Source: a virus. Taken from it: a stretch of DNA of 64,000 nucleotides. Where the stretch lies: IMG/VR virus record IMGVR_UViG_3300038466_000014; one strand, 5' to 3'. The notes beneath the pieces were generated by a model. That model worked only from the letters and a program-made list of their open reading frames with translations. It made no database searches and was not told the origin of the DNA. Made by a program: the position numbers and the translations under genes. Each line of letters begins with the position of its first letter. Position 1 is the first letter of the stretch. Positions 43,909 to 56,900 of the stretch are shown here, piece after piece.

Positions 43909-45486
43909 ATGGTCGGAGAATATTTTCTCGATCAATGCGTAACTTTTTTAATAACCACTACCGAACTTAATCGGGTAAATAGAGAATTACTGGAATCTAT
44001 TAGAATTATATTAAATAGATATAAAAAAGAACTGGATACAGAGCATAAACAATTCTTCGGAGAAAAACATGATTTTGTTTTATATTTTGTGGAATATAAA
44101 ATATCAAATGTTTATGATTTCGAATCATTTATAAGCGGATTAAGCAACGGTAAATTTCAGCATATGGTTGAATATATAAGATCTATCAAACAATTAGATA
44201 CTCCTATAGACATCAAGATATTTTCAGATATGGTTTTTTCTAAAAAGAAAATGTCAGATATGCTGATCGGTAAAAAAAGAGTAATGAAGGAATTGGGAAA
44301 AATAGATTCTGGAAGTTATGCGGATGAGAAGGAGGCTATTAAGATATGGGAAAAAGTTGTGTTTGATGTGAGTAAACAGGTTGCGGAAGTAAAGAAAAAA
44401 GAAGCTGTAGAAGGGATAACGTATATAGATGTCGTGGAAGATAATTTTGATGCCGTAAACACAAAACTCAAATCTCTCGACGATAAACTTACGGTTTTAA
44501 ATCCCGGATTTAAATTCCTCAGAGAAGTGTTACCTTACGGCGGATTCGAGCCATGTAGATTATATTTGATAGGAGGAACCACTGGAGTTGGTAAATCAAA
44601 TTTTCTTGTTAACGTAGCAGGAAATATTATCAACTCGTCTATAAACGAATCGGAGTCTGATGAGAAAAAAGACGGACTGTTATATATAACGGGAGAGAAT
44701 CTTATTGATGAAACTCTGGAGAGATTATATTGTCAGATGAGTGGATGTCCGGTTTCCAAGTTAAGAAAAAAATATGAACAAGATGATTATGACTTCGGAA
44801 AAGATGTTAAAGAACTGTTCGTTGGTAAAGCGTATACAATCCAGATTGTATATGTAAAACCAAAGGTTACCACATTATTTGATATAGAAGCGATTGTGGA
44901 TAGGTTTTTAACTTCCGGGAAAAATTTGAAAGGATTGTTTATAGATTATCTTGATTTGTTCCGGACTGGTAATGAATTTACAGAATTAAGACACGAACTC
45001 GGAAATGTAACTATGGGGCTTAAAAATATAGCGGTCTCATATAGAATTCCAGTGATAACACCAACACAGCTTAACCGTTCCGGATATAACGCCCCTTCGG
45101 GCGGGAACAAACCGTCAAAACATATCCCAAGCTTGGCACAGACCGGAGAGTCTATGCAGAAGGCGGATAACTCAGATTTCGTATTATTTTTAAATGCAGA
45201 TTCAGAACCAGGAGACGAAAATAGAATACCTATAGTAAACTCTGAAGACAGGTTTATAAAATTTACAACCATAAAAGCGTCTGTATTGAAAAACAGAAAC
45301 GGGCGTGTAGGATTAAATGTTGGAACTACTCTTATTACTAAAGACGATATCATATCCGTTAATGGAGAACAAGAGATTCTGGTTGAGAATATATTCAATT
45401 ATCGTCTTGAAGAAAAACCAAAAAAAATTTCTGATACTGAACAAATAATGACTCAAAATAGAGAAGATAATTCTAATCGTTTTTAG
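43909..45486 (+). CDS. replicative DnaB-like helicase (gp41-like)
   Basis: GGTTGVGKS, YITGEN, IDYLD, TPTQLNR, KNRNG. Confidence 0.93.
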   Translation: MVGEYFLDQCVTFLITTTELNRVNRELLESIRIILNRYKKELDTEHKQFFGEKHDFVLYFVEYKISNVYDFESFISGLSNGKFQHMVEYIRSIKQLDTPIDIKIFSDMVFSKKKMSDMLIGKKRVMKELGKIDSGSYADEKEAIKIWEKVVFDVSKQVAEVKKKEAVEGITYIDVVEDNFDAVNTKLKSLDDKLTVLNPGFKFLREVLPYGGFEPCRLYLIGGTTGVGKSNFLVNVAGNIINSSINESESDEKKDGLLYITGENLIDETLERLYCQMSGCPVSKLRKKYEQDDYDFGKDVKELFVGKAYTIQIVYVKPKVTTLFDIEAIVDRFLTSGKNLKGLFIDYLDLFRTGNEFTELRHELGNVTMGLKNIAVSYRIPVITPTQLNRSGYNAPSGGNKPSKHIPSLAQTGESMQKADNSDFVLFLNADSEPGDENRIPIVNSEDRFIKFTTIKASVLKNRNGRVGLNVGTTLITKDDIISVNGEQEILVENIFNYRLEEKPKKISDTEQIMTQNREDNSNRF

Positions 45487-45495
45487 GTTTAGCTA

Positions 45496-45510
45496 AGGAC
45501 AAATTTTAAA
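45496..45510 (+). promoter_or_regulatory. motif B
   Basis: exact AGGACAAATTTTAAA. Confidence 0.75.
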
Positions 45511-45581
45511 ACAGGTGGTATGATGTATATCCATATATACATCGATATGTTAACATGAATTAAATGGAGGTTATTTTAGTA

Positions 45582-46235
45582 ATGGGCAAACATAGTGATG
45601 AGAAACAAGCTTATATTGCGTTCTTAGAAGCCAATCTTGCAAGTCAAATAGAAAGAACCTATACCAAATCTCCGGCCCGCGCCAAGAAAGTCGAAGGAAT
45701 GGGTTATAGGGGTCTGTCTTGCGGATTCGATGACGAACTGAACTGGACTGGCGGAACGGATAGGCAAACCGCCAAGAAGATGTCTGATATAGATGATCTT
45801 TTAGATGATATAACTTCGAATGTTGGAGTTAAAGAGGTATATAAGTCTCCGATGAATGTTCTTGAAGAGATGGATGCTGACGACGAAGAGGGCGATGGAA
45901 AAGAAGCTCTTAAGAAAAAAGCCGGTATCGATGAGGATTCAGATGACGATGAAAATACAGATGTAGAGGATGAAGACGCGGACGAGGATGATGAAAAAGA
46001 AGACGAGGACGAGGATGAACCGAAGAACAAGTCAGGTAAAAAAGATAAGAAGACTGATGATGTGTTGGATGTAGATAAAGAACTTGATGAGTCTACCTTC
46101 AGCGGACTTGACAGAACGCAAGCGGAAATAATTTCGAACATTATATACGAGATGAATAGCATCGATTCCCAATCAGATACCCTTTTAGAGGGTGATGATT
46201 ATACAGATGATGAGTATATGGACTATGACGAATAG
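45582..46235 (+). CDS. highly acidic protein
   Basis: long D/E tract; GGAGG RBS before ATG at 45582. Confidence 0.75.
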   Translation: MGKHSDEKQAYIAFLEANLASQIERTYTKSPARAKKVEGMGYRGLSCGFDDELNWTGGTDRQTAKKMSDIDDLLDDITSNVGVKEVYKSPMNVLEEMDADDEEGDGKEALKKKAGIDEDSDDDENTDVEDEDADEDDEKEDEDEDEPKNKSGKKDKKTDDVLDVDKELDESTFSGLDRTQAEIISNIIYEMNSIDSQSDTLLEGDDYTDDEYMDYDE

Positions 46236-46248
46236 AACAACCTAATCT

Positions 46249-46296
46249 AAAACGTGGGACGGGATTTGTATTTTATAATTCCCGTCCCACGTTTTT
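46249..46296 (+). terminator. intrinsic terminator
   Basis: 16-bp stem AAAACGTGGGACGGGA/TCCCGTCCCACGTTTT plus T-run. Confidence 0.85.
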
Positions 46297-46313
46297 TAAT
46301 TCGTGTGAGGGAA

Positions 46314-47578
46314 ATGGCTCGTAAAAAGAAAGTAGAAATACAAAGATTATTATTTATTGTAAAAAAGCCTGGAAAAGTTTTAGAACTTCCCAACGGCAAA
46401 GTTAGGAGAAGTCCATTTTTTATGTTGTTTGATGAAGATCATAAAGATACATTACAAACCCTTATGAAAAGACACGGAATTATAGATTTTGAAATAAAGA
46501 TTTTAAATGATGAAGAACTAAAGTTTGTTCAGGATATTATGGATTATAATCTAAAAAATAACAATTCTGTAAAATCTATAGATAAAGGTATGAAGAAAAG
46601 ATCATCCCCCGGAATAAACATAGACGCTTCTATTACAAGAGGTTAGTATAGGAAACATGGGCGAAAGAAAAATTACAATCTATCTTAAAGACCGAGAGGT
46701 TGTTTTAACGGATTCGGATGATAAACCAATTTCCGAGGAAGTTAAAGCCATAACTGAAATTATGAAACAACCCGGTATGATTTTAATACAGACCACTAAT
46801 GACGTTCTGTTTATTCGTAAAGAAGATATACGTGGAGTACATTTTGAAAAGGATATTAAGAGGCGGGGAAAGAAGAAAAAGATAGATATAGAAGAGGAAT
46901 TTGTTATAAACTCCATTATAAAAGACGATAAAGATGATGACGATTATAATGGGCCTGAATTGGACCTTAATCTTCCAATTGATCCTCCACAGTCTAACCA
47001 GGAAGAATATTTCAAACAAGGTATCGTCGAACCTTCGAGCAATGAACCCGAATCCCCGGAAGAAATAGAGTCTTTAGAGGATGCGGAATTTATAGTGGAG
47101 GATCCGGACAAAGTAGTTGCAGAGGTTGCTTCTTGGGATCAGGAATCTGATAATGATTAATATAACAATACTTCTATGTGTCTTTTTATTCACTGGATTT
47201 TTTTTGATCAAATTTTTAAATATTCACAAACGAAATTCCATATATAAATATTATGATAAACTAAAAGTAATATATGATAGTTCTTTTGATTTGGCGTTTA
47301 AGAAAATATACATTGAAAAAATATCATTATATCATAGCAGTAAAATTAAATTTGATGGTGTGGATATAGAAAAGGTAAAAAAAGAATTTATTCAATGTCT
47401 TTTTCTATTCCTCGGAGATAAGGTAATTCAAGATCTAATTGTTGTTCATGGAAGTTACGAAACATTGTGCGCTATATCTTTAAATAGGTTTGTTGCGGCG
47501 GTTTTAGTGGAGGAGTCCCAACGATTCAATGCGGAGACCGAAGTGTACAAACCAACAGTAATAAATATGGAGAATTAA
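46314..47578 (+). other. three hypothetical CDS upstream of the portal (46314-46646, 46657-47160, about 47153-47578 with N-terminal TM)
   Basis: contiguous co-oriented ORFs. Confidence 0.65.
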
Positions 47579-47581
47579 AAT

Positions 47582-49555
47582 ATGGCTGAAAAAAACGAAT
47601 CTATTTATAAAGATATGTTAGGCAAATTAAAAACAAATGTATTTAAAGTATCATCGGATAAAACAATAGATAAGATAGATATGGCAATTGAGAAGATTTC
47701 TGGTTCGATTATTGATAAAAATACCGTGAATTATGCGGAAACGATGCGGACAAAATTTTCAGATACTCTAAGCCAACATTTAAAAGACAATCCTTTATCA
47801 AAAGAATTTCTACACTCGTTTGTCAATGTGGACAGACATGTTAGATACTCAAACGCGGAGGAGATGGTTGATTGTATTCCGTATTGTAATGCGGCTCTTA
47901 AAGTGTTATCCTCCGAAATTGTTGCTCCAGATGATATAACGCGAGAAACCCTCAATATAATACAAGAAGAGAATCATTCCGATGTATCTAAAACTGAAGT
48001 AACTAATATAAAAAGGATTCTGCGTATTCTTGGTATAGAGGATCATTTAACAGATTTAATATCCGAGACAATAAAATTTGGAGATCAGTTTGTTGAAGTG
48101 TGTGATTACACATCTGAAGATATTCCTATCTCTCAAATAGCACTAAACGAATCGTATTCTTCTTTTATGAACGAAGATGTGGAATTGGAATATTCAGTTC
48201 TAAAAGAGGGTTCGTTGGATAACATTAGAAATGCAAATGACGCATTTTCAGATAGGAAGATTAATATTCGTCCGGTTGTGGTAGAATCTTCAGGAAAAGA
48301 TAAGAAAATAGATATAAACAATATACGGTTAATATTTCATGATCCGAGATACGTTATAAAAATACAATCGCAAAGATATAGAATGTGTCTTGGTTATTTA
48401 ATACTTCCCCGCTCTTCTGTGCTCGGCAGTTCAGGATTTGGAGATCCGTCCCATTCTTATTTAAAATCATTGGTCTATGGGGCCACTAATTATAAAGATA
48501 TGCTCGGAATAGACAGATTATATTCACAAGTTGTAGGTATTATAAAGAAACATCTCAATAACGATGAAATATCAGTAGATAAAAAAGAAGTTATGGATAT
48601 GATGAAGAGATGTATTAGAGAATTCGATACTGAAAAACTTAGCGAGTTTAAAGTCCGATATGTACCTTCGAGCAGGATGGAACATTTTATGATGTCCAGC
48701 CGTAGATTTTTTCCCTATGGAGAAGGACTGTTTTATAAGTCGACATTTACAGCTAAACAATATATTGCTATGCAGACGGCGAGAACTATAAAGACTATTA
48801 CGGATTCCACAGACACAAGAATTTTTTACGTGGAAAACGGAACTCCAAGAGATGTTCGAAATACCATAGAAGAACTCAAAGAGTTCAGAACGAAGAAGAA
48901 AGTAACCCTGGATTCGATGGGTTCTTTAAGCTCTATACCAGGAATGATAACTTCTTATGAGGATTTATATGTCCCTCAGATTAATGGTAAGCGATTTGTT
49001 GAATTTGATACACTGCCACCAGCCATTCAGCTTAAAGATGCGTCGGAAGAGCTTAAAGGTCTTAGAGATACAATTGTATCTTCATTGGGAGTTCCTCCAA
49101 GTTATATCAACATCGAAGAGAATTTGAGCAACAAGGCGGCCCTGTCGTTTGAATCTATTTTATTCGCAAGAACAGTAATTAACTATCAGCAGCGTATGGG
49201 AAAATATATTCGATCCCTTATCGATAAAATATATAAGATGATATATGATGAGCAGATGTCTTTGGGCACTGATATTAAATTTTATCCTCCTAAAATGCTG
49301 CAAATAGAAAGGGACGCCGAATATATCAGAAACGTAGCTGATATTATAGGTTCTCTTGAGAATATCGGTGTGGATAGAAATTACCTCAAAGAAAAATATT
49401 TACCTATAGATTTGAGACAGCATGAAGAAAAAGAGACGTTTACAAAATTAGATAAGAAACTCGAAAATCGTCCGGATAGTCTGAACACATATACTCCGGC
49501 TGGTGGTGGATTTGGCGGAGATACTTTTACGGGAGAACCTCCACAAAGTCTATAG
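47582..49555 (+). CDS. portal protein (T4 gp20-like)
   Basis: AL...S.EIV, PYGEGL, RIFYV..G, ED.YVP, DTLP, LGVPPSY; next to the prohead protease. Confidence 0.85.
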   Translation: MAEKNESIYKDMLGKLKTNVFKVSSDKTIDKIDMAIEKISGSIIDKNTVNYAETMRTKFSDTLSQHLKDNPLSKEFLHSFVNVDRHVRYSNAEEMVDCIPYCNAALKVLSSEIVAPDDITRETLNIIQEENHSDVSKTEVTNIKRILRILGIEDHLTDLISETIKFGDQFVEVCDYTSEDIPISQIALNESYSSFMNEDVELEYSVLKEGSLDNIRNANDAFSDRKINIRPVVVESSGKDKKIDINNIRLIFHDPRYVIKIQSQRYRMCLGYLILPRSSVLGSSGFGDPSHSYLKSLVYGATNYKDMLGIDRLYSQVVGIIKKHLNNDEISVDKKEVMDMMKRCIREFDTEKLSEFKVRYVPSSRMEHFMMSSRRFFPYGEGLFYKSTFTAKQYIAMQTARTIKTITDSTDTRIFYVENGTPRDVRNTIEELKEFRTKKKVTLDSMGSLSSIPGMITSYEDLYVPQINGKRFVEFDTLPPAIQLKDASEELKGLRDTIVSSLGVPPSYINIEENLSNKAALSFESILFARTVINYQQRMGKYIRSLIDKIYKMIYDEQMSLGTDIKFYPPKMLQIERDAEYIRNVADIIGSLENIGVDRNYLKEKYLPIDLRQHEEKETFTKLDKKLENRPDSLNTYTPAGGGFGGDTFTGEPPQSL

Positions 49556-49586
49556 ATTATATTATAAAGGAAAGGATAAATTCCAT

Positions 49587-50147
49587 ATGAAACAATCCAT
49601 ATACTTGAAAAAAGGAAAATTTTTAGTGGAGCAGGAACCTCCACCACAAATTGTTCCGAATATCAAACAAAAAACACAAGCTACCAATCAACTAAGTACC
49701 AATCAACCCCAAACACAATATGTTCAGCCATATCCTCCACCTCCAGAAGTACCGGCACAAACAGATATTTATTCACCACAAGCGGAATATATACCGTATG
49801 ATCCAAATGCACAACCTCCGGAGGAGATTTTAGATCCTCTTGCCGCATCAAATCATAGTATGGTTAGAAGGAAGATTGGTACTGTACAAGAGTTGAAAAA
49901 CATTTATTCGAGATTGCTTACATTGGATGACTTGGTAGATAATTATTCACACGAGACTTTTTTGGAAATCAAGAAAACACTAACGGATGCGCTGGATTTA
50001 TTTCATGTCATAGTGATAAATTATGAAAATTTAACGGATGTGGTAGATAACATTATATTGGATTATTACGACTTTTTACTAAAGATATCCGAAAGCACTA
50101 TGGATGCCGTTGACCAGATACATAGAGAATTAAATAAAAAGAAATAG
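49587..50147 (+). CDS. hypothetical P/Q-rich protein, possibly head-related
   Basis: lies between portal and protease. Confidence 0.6.
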   Translation: MKQSIYLKKGKFLVEQEPPPQIVPNIKQKTQATNQLSTNQPQTQYVQPYPPPPEVPAQTDIYSPQAEYIPYDPNAQPPEEILDPLAASNHSMVRRKIGTVQELKNIYSRLLTLDDLVDNYSHETFLEIKKTLTDALDLFHVIVINYENLTDVVDNIILDYYDFLLKISESTMDAVDQIHRELNKKK

Positions 50148-50180
50148 ATAAGTATTAGTTAAATACGAAAGGTATATGTT

Positions 50181-50936
50181 ATGTATATAATGAGTGAGTC
50201 TCCTGTATTAGGCACGCCTGTAATACAGAAAAAGACAAAGGATAAAATTAGGTGTGAAGCTGTTTTACAGACTGCTGGTGATGTGAATAGAAATAAACGG
50301 AGATATTCTAAAACACTTATAGAAGATGGTATTTCAAAGGTTCGTGATAGACTAAAAGAAGGAAGTTTTTTAGGGGAACTTGATCACCCTATATCTGACA
50401 ATCCTGTAAGGCAGATGACGGTATTATATAAAGAAGCTTCTCATAGAATTTTAGAGATGGGATGGGATGGGAATAAGCTTATAGGAGTAGTCGAATCTCT
50501 AAAAACCCCAAACGGTCAGATATTTAAAAATCTCGCGGAGGAAGGTATACCCGTAGGGTTCTCCTTCAGAGGTATCGGAGATCTAAAATCGAGAATAGAG
50601 AATGGAGTAAAGATTAACGAGGTGGTAGGACCGCTACACGTTACTTCGTGGGATGCGGTATCGGTTCCTTCCCATATGGAAGCGAAGATGATTCGGATTA
50701 CAGAAGGTGACATACAGGCGATTCAGGAATCTGCATGTATGATGAGAAATAAAACATCCAGATCGAAAATCGCACAATTACAAGAAGCATATAATCTAAT
50801 ACACGATTCTGACGGTATTGTCGAATGCGGCGGTATGATTTGTACCAATGAAGGAATATGCTACCTTCCAAACGATTTCGATAAGCTCGTTGAAAATCAT
50901 ATTATAGGATTGATAAAAAAATTTAATAAAAAATAA
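50181..50936 (+). CDS. prohead core protease (T4 gp21-like)
   Basis: N.NKR.Y, LGELDHP, SH.I, TPNG, G.S.RG.G, WD.V..PS. Confidence 0.95.
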   Translation: MYIMSESPVLGTPVIQKKTKDKIRCEAVLQTAGDVNRNKRRYSKTLIEDGISKVRDRLKEGSFLGELDHPISDNPVRQMTVLYKEASHRILEMGWDGNKLIGVVESLKTPNGQIFKNLAEEGIPVGFSFRGIGDLKSRIENGVKINEVVGPLHVTSWDAVSVPSHMEAKMIRITEGDIQAIQESACMMRNKTSRSKIAQLQEAYNLIHDSDGIVECGGMICTNEGICYLPNDFDKLVENHIIGLIKKFNKK

Positions 50937-50947
50937 GTTTTTGGTTT

Positions 50948-50988
50948 AATTCCCCCCATAGCAATACAGCCTATGGGGGGAATTTTTT
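50948..50988. terminator. bidirectional terminator between the core block and the paralogue array
   Basis: 14-bp stem AATTCCCCCCATAG/CTATGGGGGGAATT with T/A runs on both sides. Confidence 0.9.
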
Positions 50989-53900
50989 AGTTAATTGTAG
51001 TATATACATATGGCCCGATAACACACGACGAAAAGTTAGGTATTGCATCGATAACTATACACTTATTCTTTATCATCAATATTTTCGGGGGGACTAAAAC
51101 TCCACTTCTAATATTAAATAAATTACATGGATACGTATCGAATACGTTTATCCCTATAATTTTACATGCTTTGTAGGTTTTGGTCTACTAACATATTTAT
51201 TATATATTAGATCTTGACATTTGGTAATATTCTTAAACGATATATATTTTTTCTTCGATAGTAAAGTAAATATTTTCATTTTGTAAAATTGGCATTATTA
51301 TATTTACCCAACAACCAAAACCCGTACCCTTCCCCTCCATAGACTCAAATTCAAGATATTTGTAATACCAGCCCCTAAAAGACGGAGTAATAAACATATT
51401 GGATTGTATACGAAACGTGGTACTTGTATAATCAGTAAAATATTTTTAGATTCTTAATAAGACAATAAATAAATATTTGATTTTAAATCGGTGTGTGGTT
51501 ATATATTATATTTTTTATGTTGGAATTTTTCTTGAACTCTGAATATGTCTCTTTATACAATGTATGAAAATTTTTCATTTTTTAAGCCATTTCTTACTAT
51601 ATGTTATTCTTTCGTTATTAACTTCGGTATTAAAAATATCCTGTTGGATAATCACCTATTAAATATAATGCAAGGTAAATATTTGTTATTAGCAATTCGA
51701 AGGTTTTCGGTTCTATAGTATTTATTCGCGGTATATGTATAAAAATAGGAATCGTAAATATGTTATGATCAATAATAAATAATGTAGTTATGAATAGTGG
51801 TTGTGGTAATTCTATAAAGTGCTCATTTAGTGTTAAAAATCCTGTTCGTTTATCATATAAGATCCTCCTCCGATCAGTATTATCTTTAAATATTTTATAT
51901 TGTTTTTTATTTAACTTAGACTATAATTTCATTTGAGTATTCGACTTTGTAATAGAAATTTTTTAGGATATGAACAATGGATATCAAATGAGTTATTTTG
52001 CCATATAACCACATTAAATAATTTTTTATCTCTTGAATTGTCTGGATATAATTTTTTTAATATTAATATATTATATTTGAATTGAAACTGATCGCTTAAA
52101 CATCCGATTAGTAATTCATTACCATTGGTATCTATATACAAATATTTAAACTTATGATAAATAATAGTGTCTATACGAGACCCGTCGATAAATTCCAGAT
52201 ATTCTACATGACTGATAGGGGTGTGTTTTTTCATGGTATTTGTTTATTATAGTCGATAAGGAATTTCATATCAATCCTGTCAGCGATAAGAAACCAATTT
52301 TTATATATAAAATAACAAATATATACTTTCTGTTTAAATACAAAAGTGTTTTGAATTTTAGTTAGTATAACCATTCCATTTTTACATCCGAAACAAATAT
52401 CAGATAAATATCCTAAATCGTGATAACGCGATTCTATTTTATATCTTCTATGTGTAATCATAGCTTTAACATTGAATGTATCTTTAACCTCTATATACGC
52501 AGTAGTAGACAGTGGATAGTATATTTTCACGCTATCTTATGTTTCATATTCATTTGTATTTTATAGCTATACCACATAAAAAACCACGCCATAATATAAT
52601 CTCAATATAACTCTTAAAATTGCATATATGGGCCACCCGAGTTGGTTTTAACCCGCCGTTATCAAAATAAAAAAGATCGGACGGACTTCTAAATCCATCT
52701 TTATTAAAAGAGGGATTATATATAACAGTTTTAGACATAAAGTCTAACCTTGATTGAATTTTGAATTTATCGTATGCCTCAGAAGATAAAGAACTGTACT
52801 TTTTCATTCTTTTTAGATTATGGTGTAGAAAGGATTTAGGAAATTGTAATCCGGTTTTACAATGACCGCTATCTATCTTACTACAATGAAATTCCAGTAA
52901 GAAGAAATATGGACCACTGGTATATCTAATGTTAACCTTTCTAAATAAAAATATATTATTGAATATTAAATGATTTGTACATCGTAAAAATAAAACAAAT
53001 CGGAGTGTCTTATGAAATAGATCGTTGTTTGAATGAGGGTTTGAACAAATAGATGAATGTATCGTATTCTGCGGGCGATAACCCTGTATACTTATTCATA
53101 TTGTTTTATTTCCGGGATTTGATATTAAATACTCAACTGGAAAAAATCCTATGATATGAGATGTTGTTACTATAGGAAAATTTATATCATATATTACAAT
53201 TAGAAATTTTACCCATGTAGAACGGAGCGCGCATTCCTTCTTAATCCGATATGATATATATAATCCATGTTTCGATGTAAACATTCTGTCACATTTAAAT
53301 CTCCATTCATATGGAACTTTAAAATTTGTTGCCCAATTAAAATATATTTTTTGTTTAATATCAACAATCTCTTTAAAATGGTTATATTGATGGGATGATA
53401 TGATGTAGTGTATTTTTATTTATTGGTGATTGTTTATATTAGGTTTTGTTGTTCAATTATAAATTTCTGATCTACGTATATAACTATGTTTCCAGTATAG
53501 TGATACCACAACCTAATTTCTAAGTAACGTTTTAAATAATAAGGATAATCTTTTTCTTTTCTTGGTACATGCCAAGCGTAATTAAACCCTATTACTTTTT
53601 TAAGTTTGAGTATGTGGTTACTAAACGCAAATAAATCCGCAGGACAACGATATCCATGTTTGTTAAATTCCATACACGGATATTAATGTTGTAAAACTTT
53701 GGAATGGTTTATTTGCGTATAGTTTTTGTAAATTACGAAAATAATCATAATCGTCTGAAGTAAGAGGTGTATGATTCTTCATAACCTGTTCTGAAATACC
53801 ATGGAGTTAAAAAGAATCTATCATAATACCATATGGATAACGTCTTCAAATCGACTACAGTAATGCGTATCGAATTTATACTGATTAAATTTATACTGGT

Positions 53901-56900
53901 TATTTTTTTTATGGTCCATAAATCATTGTTCGATTCAAATATTATATGATCGTGCGGATAGATGATCGAGAACATTTTACGCGCAACGCAGGATACGTAA
54001 GCAAATTATATACCATTTTCATTTTTTGTGTTTTATATTAAAAACGGTGCATAATATTTATAATTTGTATGTCTCCAGACAACACTTTCTATGGAACCAG
54101 ATCCTTTAATTATTTTAAAATATTGCATCATGTAGAATGTTAATCTTTTACCTTTTTTAATCTTGATATCAAATTGTGGTTGTGTATAAAATCTATGTAA
54201 TATAATCGGGATATAATCGGAATCCAATATATAATCTATACGGTACGATCTTACTTTTATATTTTTTACTGGATGTTCATTGAAAACTTCTTTGTGTATA
54301 TCTTTAATTAAGTTTGAAGTTGTAAATAGTAACATCCACAAACTCGTTTGTATTATTAGCGAAACTAAAAACCAAATACTTCATGATTCCATCGGAGGAT
54401 AGAGTTCTTTTTTGATAACTACCCATCCTATTAAGTATAAATAGATTGTTTTTGATTATATAATAAGATGATTTTTTAAAATCTAAATAAGTATCTTTCA
54501 CTATTCCTTTGGAATAAACACAGTATGATATAAAAATGAACTATTTAAATATTTTATAATCCGGGTATGTCTAAATCTATCATGTCCCGATGAGTCGACC
54601 CCAATCGTTTTCAATTCACCTTCCTTATAATTATTAGAATAGGTTGGGATACCGAAATACTATTAATTTATAAGATCCTTTTATGGGTAATGATTGCGTA
54701 ACAATACGCATAGGTCTTGGTTTAGGCGGTTTTAAAATGGTTAAGACAGGATATGTATTTATAAATACATTATTTTTCAATACGAACGTACCAAAATATA
54801 TATTTGCTATATCTTGTAAAAATGAATGTAGTTTGAAAAGTCTGTAACTCTGGAGATAATTGTATATGTTTTTTTATTATTGTCTCATAATTTTTAGAGG
54901 GAACTCATACATTATCCCATTGGTATATAATGACGACCTATAGTTATTATATATATGACACCATTTATAGGTGTTTTGTATACTGGTTATATTACACATC
55001 GTAAAGATATTATGGTGTAATTCAAATATATCGAATACGAATCGATCGTAACCTTCTAATCCACATATAAACTTTGGTATTTCGGAATGCGCGAGAAATA
55101 CAAGATAATTCTTTAAAGGCAGGATGGTGTATTTTTTCATTTAAGTCTGTGTATAGGATAACAATGTAAAATTTTTGGGATGGGTAAACAACCAACATCT
55201 ATATAGGAATCAACTGAAATATATATAGCTTCGCCAGTCGTATACACGTTAAAAGTGTCGTATATAAACATGTTATGATTTAATTTAAAATATTTTATGT
55301 TGGTAAGTCCGCGAGCTATATGATACATATCCGAATAAACTAAAAATTTTTTATAGGAAAATTCAACCATGCCTATATAACGTTTCATATACGTACCGTA
55401 CAAGGATATAGGAATTTATTAGAAAATATAAAATATATTAAACCGTATGGTTTTCTTCCAGAGTTTGGGACATTTTGTGTTGGATCATCCAACAATCGGG
55501 CGGTGAATCTATTATGGATATATTCTTTACCGTTACTACTTCACGCTTCAATATAAATACTTTATGTATGGTTGTACGAGATCCTAAACCATATATTAAT
55601 CTATAAATATCTGCTGATTAACGAAAATTGAAGTAATCCCTTCTCGATAAAACGGTATACTTTTTCATTCCTCCTATCCTTTCTTATTGTTTAGCACTAC
55701 AAATCAGATTACATAATTTCGTTGATGTTACAACAGAGGACATATCTATTGCATATGTTATGTCTAAAGTTAAAGTATTTTTAGAAAATCTAATATCTGC
55801 TGATTTTGTTCTGAGTGAATCATAGGTTAAAGACATGGTTATAGTATTCATATTTAAATGATAATTTGTATATAGAACATGTTTTACGCATAATATATCG
55901 TTGTGTATATGAACCAGATCCGTAGACGCTGGTGGTATTAACGTTGAATAAATACTTTCGGAACCTTTTATGTGAAATAGATAACCTCGTTTATGATCAA
56001 AATACCAAGAACTTACCGGGTCTAATAGTCTCTTTTTCACTTACACACTCAGCTTTAAGAAAATAGATAATCTTGGAGGGTTCCTATTGATCTGGGTGTA
56101 GTCTATATACTTATATATATTCTTTTTGACAATATTATAACGATATGATATTTCTGAGCACGATAATCCTTTAGGGTCCATATAATGTGATACCCCATAT
56201 AACAAATATTTTCTTATTACGAAGGGTAAATGTATTTGAATCCGTACTGTATATATCCGGATAAAGATACACACCATTCTGAAAATGTCCCTGTCTGCGG
56301 AAATCCGGATATTCATTATAAACATTCATAATATATTTCTTTTTTTCGGGAACTAATATAGTACAAAGTGAATGGTTTTTCATTACGATACCTCATTGTA
56401 TTTAAATACGAACGTCGTTATTCCCAACCGGTTACTAACGAATGGATGATGAAAATTTAATTTTAGAGTGTGATAGGTTTTCCATACATAGTCCCGTTCC
56501 GCATTTATATACTTTATATTTGGACATATAATTAAACCGTGTTTTATAAAAAGTATATTTTGTAAATATGTATATTGGTTGTTAATCAGAATCATATGAT
56601 TGTGGGTATCTGTCTCCATCCATGATTGAACTACGGAAAACCATAAAAATTTATTTATTTTATCGGAAATAATCATATCTGGATTGCTGTTTTCTTCATA
56701 ATAGTATCCTCCAAACCGAAATGTTTTCATTCCTTTCCTATTATTTTAAACTCAAATTTTATTGTGTAAACATGACCCATATAAATTCTTGGTTTAAAAC
56801 ATATACTAACATCAAAATATTCTTTTGGAAATACAATGTCTTTTATATTATGTATATGAATTATAGATGGAAAAATTATTAATCCTTGTTTTATCAGAAA

